A stretch of DNA of 64,000 nt, from the NCBI GenBank assembly GCA_964016885.1, contig OZ024760.1, positions 28,272,001 to 28,336,000 on the forward strand, written 5' to 3'. This stretch comes from Eledone cirrhosa. Its lineage: Eukaryota. Shown here in pieces: positions 54,412 to 64,000 of this stretch. The notes under the pieces are model-generated. The model had not been told where the DNA came from. It saw nothing but the letters and a program-made list of their open reading frames with translations, and did no database searches. The position numbers were made by a program, and so were the translations under genes. The stretch's first letter is position 1; the number at the start of each line of letters is the position of its first letter.

Positions 54412-57400
54412 AGGAACAAAACTACCTGAGTGCCAACACTTAATGTTGGCACTCACAGGTAGATCTGGTGAAATAGTGGAGATGCTGGAGAGAAGGCATG
54501 TGGATGTGTGCTGCGTGCAAGAGGTGAGATGGAGATGGTGCCTCTGCGAGACTATTCGCAGGCAAACGTCTTAGCTATAAACTTTTCTGGGTAGGTAAGG
54601 ATGATGGGTTAGGGGTGGTAGGCATTTTCCTGGCTGAGAGATGGATCAATAAGACAATAGAGGTAGTTTGAGTTAATAATCAAATAATTAAGCTTAGATT
54701 AGTTGTAGGCAGGAGACTACTGACAATCATCTCTACCTATGCACCCCAAGCAGGCCTAGGCAAAGAAGAGAAAGACTGCTTTTACAAACAGCCACAATGA
54801 CAGAGGACGGAGACATTGTTATGCTAGCAGGGGACTTCAATGGTCATGTTGGACAGGATGGTTTCACTGGGGCACAGTTATAGCTCAAGAAATGAAGAAG
54901 GAGTGAGACTTCTTGAATTTTGTGATGCAAGTACACTGACTATTTGCAACACTAACTTCCAGAAACCAGCCAACCACCAAATAACCTACAAATCAGGGGA
55001 GCACATAAGCCAGATTGACCTCTTACTAGTTAGGCAGTGGGACAGGCAGATGGTGTCAAATACCAAGGCATACCCTGGGGAAGAATGTACCCCCACAGCA
55101 TAGGTTAGTCATTAGTGATATCTCAGTAAGCAAGAGATGGAATGAGACATACAGGAAGGTGTTGAGAAGAAAGACCTGGAAGCTAAAAGACTTTTCACTA
55201 AAATATAAATTTAGGAAAGCCCTTCAAGATGTGTATGACAAAAAAGAAGACGATTTAGATAGTCATATGACAGATAATAACTGGAATTTCTTACGTGACA
55301 ACTTTCTACAGGCTACTGATGAAACTTGCGGCTGGAGCAGAGCCCCAACCAGACAGAGTGACCTGGTGGTGGCACAGTAGATAGGGCCATTAAAGACAAA
55401 AGACTAGCATGGAAGGCTTGGAAAAGGGTGGGAGTAGGGAAGGATATACAGCCGCTAAGAGAGAAGCTAGACGTCAGGTGTACTTAGCATGCAGGGAGGC
55501 TGAGAGTAGTAGGTTTGCCAATGTTCTGCGACGGGAAGATCAGAGGTGTGCGGTGTTCCATATTGCAAGGCAGTGTGTCAATGCAAATCAGGATGTTGTT
55601 GGAGATAAATATGTCCGGAATGATGCCGGTGTACTTAGTGTCACGAATGATCAGAAAAAGCAGGCCTGGAAATGTCATTATCAGAGACTGATGAATGTGG
55701 ACAACGAATGGGAGAGAGAGAAATTACCCTCAGTAGATCCGACAGAGGGACCAGCTATTGAGATTGACGAATATAGGGTCCAAGAGGCGATTAAGGAAAT
55801 GAAAAATGGTAAGGCTGCTGGACTATCGGGGATAGTTGCTGAGATGCTGAAGGCATCAGGGGACGTAGGCACCAACCATCAATCAATCAGGCTATATATG
55901 GTGGTGTCATACCCAAAGACTGGTGCAGCAGTATTCTCATAAATTGCTACAAAGGTAAAGGGGATGCTCTGGAGAGGAGCAATTATAGGGGTATAAAACT
56001 GATGGATCAGGTTATGAAAGTGGCAGAAAGGATATTAGCACAACTAATTAGAGAAAAGGTCAAACTAGATGAGATGCAGTTTGGTTTTGTGCCTGGGAAA
56101 AGTACACCAGATGCCCTCTTCTTGGTGAGACAATTACAAGAGAGGTTCTTAGAGAAGAATAAGCCACTATACTTAACCTTTGTTGACCTAGAGAAGGCCT
56201 TTGATAGGGTACCCCGATCTGTCATCTGGTGGTTCCCAAGGAAACTAGGTGTTGAGGAATGGCTTGTGAGGTGCTGTCAGTAAAGTCAGGGTAAGAATGG
56301 AGTTTAGTGAGGAATTCCAGATACAAGTAGGAGTACATCAAGGTTCGGTCCTCAGCCCGCTCTTGTTCATTATAGTCCTCCAAGCCATAACAGAGGAGTT
56401 TAAGACTGGCTGTCCATGGGAACTTCTCTATGATGACGATCTGTTTCTTATAGCAGAATCAGTAGAGGAGCTAGAGAATACATTCTGGCTATGGAAACAG
56501 CAGTTGGAAGCAAGAGGACTGAGAGTGAACCTAGCTAAAACAAAAGTGTTGATGAGTAGAAAAGAGGACAAAACTCTGATTCCATCAGGGAAATGGCCAT
56601 GTTCGATATGCAGAAAAGGAACTGGCATAAATTCTATAAAATGCACACAATGCAGGTCCTGGGTACACAAGAGATGTAGTGGGATAGCAGGCAAACTAAC
56701 AGGTAGGGAGAAATACGTATGCAGTAGGAAATTAGACAGTAGAAGTCACATTGATAGACACACTTTTCAAATACAGGCGGGTGCTATAGAAGTGATGGAT
56801 AGCTTCCGGTACCTAGGAGATCAGATTAGCATGGGAGAGGGGTGTTCCGAGACCATAGTATCTAGAATAAGGACGGGTTGGAAGAAGTTTAGGGAGCTAC
56901 TTCCTCTGCTGACGAAGGGTTTCTCCCTGCGTACGAAAAGCCGGTTATATGATGCCTATGTGAGGAGCGCGATGCTGCATGGTAGTGAGACATGGGCAGC
57001 AACTGCAGAGGATATGCGATGGCTGGAGAAAAAGGAGGCAAGCATGCTCCGTTGGCTGTGCAATGTCAATGTGCGTGAACAACCCAGCATGGATGTGTTG
57101 TGAGAGAAACTGTGTCTGAGAGGGATAGAATGTAGTGTGCGAGAGAGGAGACTGTGGTGGTATGGACATGTGATGCGCATGGGGGATGACCGATGGGTGA
57201 AGAAGTGCTAGGAAATGCCAGTTGAATGAAGATGTGGTAGCGGTAGACCACGAAAAACATGGGTGGAGGTGGTGAGAACAGACCTCAGATCGCTGAAGCT
57301 CACGGTGGAGATGACGAAGGACCGTGACAAGTGGATAGATGCTGTGCTGAATAAGACCCGTCCCAACCTTGCAAGCAGGGAAAAGCGGACGTAAAATGAT

Positions 57401-57412
57401 GATGATGATGAT
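54412..57412 (+). mobile_element. RTE-clade non-LTR retrotransposon, APE + RT, inactivated by frameshifts and stops
   Basis: APE motifs TLNVG, VCCVQEVRW, YAP, GDFNGHVG, QID; RT motifs QFGFVPGKST, FVDLEKAFDRVPR, GVHQGSVLSPLLF, LLYDDD, FRYLG; 3' end GCGGACGTAAAA(TGA)n. Confidence 0.95.
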
Positions 57413-57460
57413 ATACATAAATACATATACATATATATGTATATGTATATTTATATATAT

Positions 57461-57794
57461 ATCATCATCATTTTACGTCCGCTTTTCTCTGCTTGCAAGG
57501 GTGGGACGGGAACTGATTCTGGCTTGATTTCTACAGCTGGATGCCCTTCCTAACACCAACCTCATTTACAGTGAGTGCTGGGTGCTTTTTTGCCGTGGCA
57601 CCTCCACGACCACTTTACAGTGGAATGATAGGGACCCCCAGTCCCTATCATCTCATTTCTACAGCTGAGTAAACTGGAGCAATGTGAAATAAAGTGTCTT
57701 GCTCAAGGACACAACACATCACCCGGTCTGAGAATTGAACTCACAACCTTTCGATTTCAAGGCCAATGCTCTAACCACTAAGCCATGCACCTCC
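57461..57794 (-). mobile_element. Full-length tRNA/CORE-like SINE with RTE tail, tail-to-tail with the LINE
   Basis: A/B boxes at the right end; 3' tail is nearly the reverse complement of LINE end 57357-57412. Confidence 0.9.
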
Positions 57795-58779
57795 ATATAT
57801 ATATACGTATATGTATTTATATATAGATATATACATACTGTTGATTATTAATAACTACGAGACTCTAACAAAAAAAGTCAATTATTCTCTAGTTGCCTCC
57901 ATAAAGCTACGTCCACATTCTTAGCCTCCCATAAAACGAGAAAAAAAGAGAGAGAAACATTAAACCATTAAAAACTTGGTTGTCAGATCTATAAAATCAA
58001 CAAGGAAAAACTTTAGTGGCCTTTAATATTGCACTATCTTATAACTATCTATAGAAAAAATAACGCTCGAATGAAAGACACTTGTTCAATAACATGCCGG
58101 AACATTGATACACATAACATTATTGTTAACTTTGATCCATACCGTTATTTCTTTATTTCTCTATCCTTATCTTCCTACTTAAGTTTTAAATCTGAGTTTT
58201 ATATCCAACCTTTACATCTTTACTGAAATTATTTATTTATAACTGTGAATTTTTCATGCGTCTCTGATCTCTTATTTATAATATGTATGTAATTATATTT
58301 TCTATGTTTTTAAATATACTTACCGCATTCTTATATCCATGATTCAAATATAGAGCAAATATCCAAATTACAAATTATTATAAACATTATTTTGAACTAT
58401 GAATTATCCATGCATTTATTATTGTTTTTCTTATATATATATATGTATTTAACTTTAACACGTAGAACTTTATTATATAAAATTATAACCGTTATCATTT
58501 ACCTAAAGTATACTGTATCACTAATACCTAATATAAGATATATCCATATATAACTCCCTGTATCTTTCTATACATAATTTTCAGTTAACTTCTAAATTTT
58601 TTGATTGTTTTTACTTTGAGCTAGGAATAATTAATACATTTACACACGGTTATATATGGGTATATATTTAACTTTAACATGCCTCAATCTATTATTTTAT
58701 TTTTATTTTCATTATCATTTACCTAAAATATACTGGCTCATTAATTAATATATATCTATATACATAACCGTTATTTAAA

Positions 58780-59450
58780 TATTTCTAACAATAAGTACTT
58801 CAAAAGCTTTACATACGTTGACAATGATTAACTTCATTAAAGATTACATTTAGGAAAATATTCAAGTGTAAACTTTCCTTATTAATGGCCAGCTAAATCC
58901 TTTAAATGTTATCCTCAAAAAAATTCAGAAGCTTAGAAATGTTAACACACTTATAAAATTTACAAAACTAATATATAAATAACCACCAATTTAAAAAAAA
59001 AACCTAAAATCTTGATTCTTCACCCTAAGATAACATAAATTAAATATTTTCAAATTTAACCGTTTAACTTTCGGAAAAAAAATCTCCTTCTGCATACATT
59101 ACCCCCTCATCTTTCCCTCTCTCTCACTGACTGTTATAATTCATGTAATGCTTTCCTAGATAAATTGTAGTATCATACATATTAAAATCTCGATAACTGG
59201 TACATTAAGCAATGTTTTTCTTACTCACACATTCTCTATTGAATTTATTACGTTTTCGCATTTTCTCATTATTAGGGTATAAATGTTAAATTTTCTCTTA
59301 GGTTAATCACTACCTTGATTAAATCTTAACCATTTAACATCTCAGGGTATGTCATGTATCATTATATTTTGTCTGATGAGGACGTACTGTTGTACATCCG
59401 AAATATGTATAATAAAATGTAATTGATCAAAAGAACATCTATTTTATTAA
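58780..59450 (+). mobile_element. Highly decayed Penelope-like element 3' part (tentative)
   Basis: Broken reading ..ISTSKAFTYVD..RLHL....SEA*KC*HTYK resembles the PLE GIY-YIG C-terminus; followed by an AT-rich UTR containing a minimal hammerhead. Confidence 0.35.
59361..59423 (+). ncRNA. Type I hammerhead ribozyme motif, minimal stem III (Penelope-type)
   Basis: ATTATATTTTGT (I) CTGATGA GGACGTAC-TGTT-GTACATCC (II) GAA ATA-TG-TAT (III) A| ATAAAATGTAAT (I, 12 bp with 2 G-U). Cut after 59411. Confidence 0.78.
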
Positions 59451-59583
59451 TATTTATATTCTAATATATATAGATACATACATATATATATATATATATA
59501 CATACATATATTTTTAGAAGTGAGTGACGGACTTTTGAAAATTAAGACAACTTTAGATTAAAGTTAATAACGACAAAAAAATA

Positions 59584-59806
59584 CAGTCCACACTGTAATG
59601 TGGCCGTGTAGGCAACACGGTAAAAACCTCCCAGCTCCACACTGTAAATATGGTTGGTGTTAGGAAGGGCATCCAGCTGTAGAAAACCCGCCAGACAACC
59701 TATGCGAGCAATGACAACCACTCTTGCCTCAAGTGGGAAAACTCCCGTCCAAACCCATGCAAGCGTGGAACATGGACGTTAAACAATGATGATGATGATG
59801 ATGATG
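59584..59806 (+). mobile_element. RTE-related SINE 3' part with (TGA)n tail
   Basis: GGTTGGTGTTAGGAAGGGCATCCAGCTGTAGAAAA ... CCCATGCAAGCGTGGAACATGGACGTTAAAC(A)ATGATGATG. Confidence 0.85.
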
Positions 59807-60259
59807 AACAACAATCCAAGTTTTTTTGTTTTAGGACTAACTACATAAATAGTCAAATAGCCCCTATCATGGGACTCAAACACACATCTTTTATATACAG
59901 CATAAGAAATACATTACCAATTCGCATAAATTTGAATGACAACTACTTAAGAAAGTTCTGGTGTTTTTATAGAAAAACAAACAAACAATACATTGTAAGA
60001 AGGATGTTGAAAAATAACAAGGTTTAACAACTCACAGAGAATTAAGAACACAAAATAAAACAAAAAAAACTATAAGCAGAATTCCCTTTTTTTTTCTATC
60101 TTGTTTCCTCCAATAAATAGGGCTCTTGTCTCTCACACTGCCAATAAATAAGGCCCTTGTTTCTCACACTGCCAGTTCACCAAATTCAGAATTCACATTG
60201 CTTAGTAGTATGCAAAAAAATACCCTCCATGCACGCACACACACAAAGTATTGAAATTT

Positions 60260-60900
60260 AGAGCTCACACCTATGTAGGTTTAGCTGGTCTCCTACATGT
60301 TGTTACAACTCACACCTATGTAGGTTTAGCTGGCCTCCTACATGTTACAGCTCACACCTATGTAGGTTTAGCTGGTCTCCTACATGTTACAGGTCACACC
60401 TATGTAGGTTTAGCTGGCCTCCTACATGTTACAATTCACACTTATGTAGGTTTAACTGGCCTCCTACATGTTGCATCTCACATCTATATAGGTTTAGCTG
60501 GTCTCCTACATGTTACAGGTCACACCTATGTAGGTTTAGCTGGCCTCCTACATGTTACAGGTCACACCTATGTAGGTTTAGCTGGCCTCCTACATGTTAC
60601 AATTCACATATATGTAGGTTTAACTGGCCTCCTACATGTTACAGCTCACATCTATGTAGGTTTAGCTGGTCTCCTACATGTTACAACTCACACCTATGTA
60701 GGTTTAGCTGGTTTCCTACATGTTACAGCTCACATCTATGTAGGTTTAGCTGGTCCCCTACATGTTGCATCTCACATCTATGTAGGTTTAGCTGGTCCCC
60801 TACATGTTACAGCTCACATCTATGTAGGTTTAACTGGCCTCCTACATGGTACAGCTCACATCTATGTAGGTTTAACTGGCCTCCTACATGTTGCATCTCA
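60260..60900. repeat. 42-bp minisatellite (~15 copies) equal to the SINE A 3' terminus
   Basis: Unit ACAGCTCACACCTATGTAGGTTTAGCTGGCCTCCTACATGTT vs reverse complement of 61581-61622 (AGAGCTCACACCTATGCGGGTTTAGCTGGCCTCCTCCAAGGT). Confidence 0.93.
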
Positions 60901-61256
60901 TAGGAGGTTTATTGAGTGTTCAATCCTATCATGTCTTTATTGTTACAGCTCACACCTATGTGGCTTTAGCTGGCCTCATACAAGGCTGTATCTCAGGATT
61001 CTTGGGTGAGATAGTGATAGGGACACCAGCCCTATCATGTTACAGCTCACACATATACAGGTTTAGCTGGCCTCATATATGGCTGTACCTCATCAGAGGT
61101 TTCTCTGCTATGTTCATGATAGAACCCCAGCCCTATCCTAAAAAGCAACATGAATGAATTGTTTTGCTCAAGAACACAACACAACACCTGGTCTAGGAAT
61201 TGAACTCACAGCCTTATGATTGTGAATCCAACACCTTAATCACCAGACCACATGCC
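60900..61256 (-). mobile_element. Diverged SINE A whose 3' end runs into the 42-bp array
   Basis: Reverse tRNA head (GGAATTGAACTC, 61197-61208), TTGCTCAAGAACACAAC, then mixed 42/59-bp tail units. Confidence 0.75.
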
Positions 61257-61380
61257 ATTACACTGCTTGGTAGCAGCTGTTTTTTTATTTTTCATTTCTC
61301 TCTTTCACTCAAACAATTAAAAATAAAAAAAGGTTATAAAAAGAAAATTAGAAAAAATTATTAGTCTTTCTCAAGCATGT

Positions 61381-61621
61381 GAAGGCGCATGGCTTATTGG
61401 TTAGAGCATTGGGCTTGCAATTGAAAGGTTGTGAGTTTAATTCTCAGACTGGGTGATATGTTGTTTCCTTGAGCAAGACACTTTATTTCACATTGCTCCA
61501 GTTTACTCAGCTGTAGAAATGAGATGATAGGGACTGGGGTCCCTATCATTAAATTACCCAAGACATCTCCAACGAGATATACCTTGGAGGAGGCCAGCTA
61601 AACCCGCATAGGTGTGAGCTC
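61381..61621 (+). mobile_element. Full-length tRNA-derived SINE A (CORE-like central domain)
   Basis: A box TGGCTTATTGG, B box GAGTTTAATTC, TGTTTCCTTGAGCAAGACACTT, ends GGTGTGAGCTCT(CA)n. Confidence 0.9.
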
Positions 61622-61679
61622 TCACACACACACAAGCCTAGAGTTTCTCCCAGTGTAAAGCAACTGAGAGTACAAGACT

Positions 61680-61878
61680 CCCACCTCCTGGATGGGATGC
61701 CAGCCATCACAACGTTAAACTCCACCCAGTTACTACTGGCACTCAGTTTTTCATCTGAGTCGAATAGAGAAACGTGAAATGAAGTTCTCGCTCAAAGACA
61801 CAACATACCAGCTGGGGGTGGGGGGTAACTAAACCCATGACCAACACTTTAACCACCAGGTCTAGGCCATACACCTTC
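61680..61878 (-). mobile_element. Old diverged tRNA/CORE-like SINE
   Basis: CTCGCTCAAGACACAACA, AAACCCATGACC, TAACCAC...GGCCATACACCTTC match the reverse SINE head. Confidence 0.55.
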
Positions 61879-62015
61879 ATAAAAATAGGAATAGAAGGGG
61901 AAGAAGATAATATTTGTTCTTCATATAATTGTTTCAAAAGAGCAGCGCTTTAAAGTGGATCTGATAAATTCCTCTAGAAACTTTCTTCTACAAATACAAT
62001 TCAGCTACAAGGCTG

Positions 62016-62432
62016 CATCTCATAGGAGGATTCTTGGGTGTTCATATGATAGAGGCCCCAATCCTACCATGTTACATCTCATAGGAGGATTCTTGGGTGT
62101 TCATATGATAGAGGCCCCAATCCTACCATGTTACATCTCATAGGAGGATTCTTGGGTGTTCATATGATAGAGGCCCCAATCCTACCATGTTACATCACAT
62201 AGGAGGATTCTTGGGTGTTCATATGATAGAAGCCCCAGTCCTACCATGTTACATCTCATAGGAGGATTCTTGGGTGTTCATATGATAGAGGCCCCAATCC
62301 TACCATGTAACATTTCATAGGAGGATTCTTGGGTGTTCATATGATAGAAGCCCCAGTCCTACCATGTAACATCTCATAGGATTCTTGGGTGTTCATATGA
62401 TAGAGGCCCCAATCCTACCATGTTACATCTCA
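62016..62432. repeat. 59-bp minisatellite (~7 copies), SINE-derived
   Basis: Unit CATCTCATAGGAGGATTCTTGGGTGTTCATATGATAGAGGCCCCAATCCTACCATGTTA vs reverse complement of 61525-61580 (ATCTCGTTGGAGATGTCTTGGGTAATTTAATGATAGGGACCCCAGTCCCTATCAT); followed by one 42-bp-type unit. Confidence 0.9.
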
Positions 62433-62564
62433 CACCTATGTAGGTTTAGCTGGCCTCATACATGGTTGCATCTCATAGTAGGTTTCTATGAATACAATTC
62501 CGCCACCATAATAGTAGAGTTGTATTTGACGATGAATTGTAGAGGAATTATTGCAAATGAACTA

Positions 62565-62705
62565 TATTTGTAGAGGAAATTTTGTAGAGAAAATTTTGTG
62601 GAGAAAAATTTATGTAGAGGAAATTTTGTAAAGAAATTGTAGAGGAGATTTTATAGAAGAATTTTTGTAGAGGATTTTCTGTAGAAAAGTTTTGGAGAGA
62701 AATTC
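62565..62705. repeat. Degenerate ~14-bp tandem repeat (TGTAGAGGAAATTT) in the proximal RNF146 3' UTR
   Basis: About 10 imperfect units starting ~20 nt after the stop codon. Confidence 0.75.
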
Positions 62706-62727
62706 TCCTAGAATTACTTGAAAGTTG

Positions 62728-63429
62728 CTACGTAGAATGGGAATCACTTAGTTGTAAGTTCTCCAAGTGTAAGGAAAGATCTTGTTCAGAAGAAAATGTA
62801 GAATGTAGGGGGCTGTTGGCAGGACTTTGTGGAGTATTATTTGGGGCTGGAGGGGACATCACATTATCATCACAGGCGTTGGAATCTAAGCGTGGCACCA
62901 AGGAAGGGATCTCTCCACCCAACGGTCCTGGACGTCCTTGGGAGCTCTGGTTTAGCTTTATGCCTGCGATGCCCTTCTTTTCGGGTATGTTGACAAAGTC
63001 TCTTTTGATCTGCCGTCTCTTCATGGGATTGTCCTGTCGATACTGGATGTTTTTCTCAAAGTCTATAGTATAGAGGTAGCCGGCGATGAGCAGATCAAAG
63101 CTGGTCTCGTTGGTTTTGTAGCGCTGTTCCATCTCCTTGCTCGTCCGTTCGTCATACTGCCACCAGCCATTGCGACCCTCGTAGAACCACTGGTAGTTCT
63201 TGTCGAAAGTGACCGTCTTTTCAAGTTGTTCTTCATTAAGAAGTGGAGGGTTCAAGAAGCAGCTGTCAGGAATTTCTTGTCGACACAAAGCACAGCGTTG
63301 GCTCTGCTTTGCAGATCCTTTCATACAAAGGAAGCAGAAGATGTGTTTACATGGTAATTGGACAGGATATTCACAAGGGTGCAAGCAGATTGCACATTCA
63401 AACTTTTCAGGTGTATGAATGGGAAGCAT
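62728..63429 (-). CDS. RNF146: E3 ubiquitin-protein ligase RNF146 (Iduna), C3HC4 RING + WWE PAR-binding domain; main/terminal coding exon
   Basis: RING CAIC..LPCKHIFCFLC..RCALCRQEIP; WWE WFYEGRNGWWQYDERTS..LIAGYLYTIDF..QYR..RRQIKRD..KKGIAGIKL, matching vertebrate RNF146; intact 233-aa ORF. Confidence 0.96.
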   Translation of the reverse strand: MLPIHTPEKFECAICLHPCEYPVQLPCKHIFCFLCMKGSAKQSQRCALCRQEIPDSCFLNPPLLNEEQLEKTVTFDKNYQWFYEGRNGWWQYDERTSKEMEQRYKTNETSFDLLIAGYLYTIDFEKNIQYRQDNPMKRRQIKRDFVNIPEKKGIAGIKLNQSSQGRPGPLGGEIPSLVPRLDSNACDDNVMSPPAPNNTPQSPANSPLHSTFSSEQDLSLHLENLQLSDSHST

Positions 63430-63431
63430 TT

Positions 63432-63460
63432 CTGAAAATATAAAAAGATAAAATCAGATA
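63432..63460 (-). promoter_or_regulatory. 3' splice acceptor (polypyrimidine tract + CAG) two nt upstream of the RNF146 ATG
   Basis: Minus strand: TCTGATTTTATCTTTTTATATTTTCAG|AAATGCTT; intron ends at 63432. Confidence 0.75.
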
Positions 63461-63558
63461 TGAATATGAGATACAGAGAAAGAGAAGAGTATATATGTAA
63501 AATCTTGCATGCTTTAATTTTAACTCTTATTAACTGCATTGTTTCTTTCCAGGGACTA

Positions 63559-63738
63559 CCGTATTTCCTGGCACCGTAGACGCTTCGTCCTCGAGGACCC
63601 ACCCTAATTTTGACAACTAAAAATTTGAAAAAAAAAAAAATAATAATGAAAAATGCAACCTTCGGCCTCCAAGACCCAGGAAGATTTTTTAGACTTATTT
63701 CAGGAAAAAAGTAGCGTCTTCGATGCTGGGAAATATGG
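63559..63738. mobile_element. Tc1/mariner-superfamily (pogo/Tc2-like) MITE, 180 bp
   Basis: 26-bp imperfect TIRs CCGTATTTCCTGGCACCGTAGACGCT / AGCGTCTTCGATGCTGGGAAATATGG flanked by TA on both sides (63557-58, 63739-40). Confidence 0.82.
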
Positions 63739-64000
63739 TACATTGGAAAATAAATCTCATTTTGTCATTACATTAGTATCTTGGTCAGCCTATGAACTTT
63801 TCAATCGACCCTCGTATGAGATCCTCTGAAGGACATTCCCACCGATGAAGTGTTGTGCAATATATGCACAATATAACTACTGTAAAAGACAGGTGCACCT
63901 GCACATGTATGATCAGACCCTACTCCTAAAATAAAATAAATTTAGTCAAGAAAATATTGATATGCAAATTACTATGACCCAAATGCAGTCATCTTCGTTA

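Noticed and set aside
60111-60175. 31-bp direct duplication containing AATAAA (similar 29-bp duplicate at 49603-49683)
   Set aside because: Two-copy local slippage with no supporting context.
60251-61009. 252-aa ORF with 14-aa repeats (HTYVGLAGLLHVTA)
   Set aside because: The 42-bp unit is a multiple of 3 and stop-free by chance; it is antisense SINE tail with a TTG start.
61381-61450. tRNA gene
   Set aside because: A/B boxes belong to a SINE head; no acceptor stem, and it continues into SINE body.
62816-63743. ORFs overlapping or antisense to RNF146 (62816+, 63200+, 63243+, 63321-)
   Set aside because: Shadow frames of the real exon or run through intron/MITE sequence.
63842-63885. CCGATGA followed by hairpin TGTTGTGCA-ATATA-TGCACAATA
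   Set aside because: Might be a decayed hammerhead, but U4 and the GAAA box are missing and stems I and III cannot be drawn.

Overview
Eukaryotic, AT-rich, repeat-dominated genomic DNA. The SINE families, RTE LINEs and long (TA)n tracts point to an octopus/coleoid cephalopod genome (inference). Positions 1-44443 are one head-to-tail satellite array of a 46-bp monomer (ACTGTGGCCATGCTGGGGTACTATCTTTACTGGTTTCAGTTATTAG, about 966 copies, running off the left edge) with nested multi-kb duplications; all ORFs there are artefacts. Positions 44444-64000 hold (TA)n/(CAA)n/(CAC)n microsatellites, tRNA-derived SINEs, a near full-length dead RTE LINE (54412-57412), a second RTE fragment with an internal inversion, a 98-bp-arm palindrome, a Tc1/pogo-type MITE, three further minisatellites, and one real gene, the RING-WWE coding exon of RNF146/Iduna (63429-62728, minus). 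Two signals stand out. (1) Five hammerhead-ribozyme motifs lie within 15 kb; three have an intact core and all three stems, and one (50753-50675) is textbook-perfect. (2) The 42-, 48- and 59-bp arrays are amplified pieces of SINEs present in the window, and the 44-kb array appears to be the in-situ expanded 3' terminus of a decayed SINE still attached at its right end (this last match rests on my recall of the consensus).
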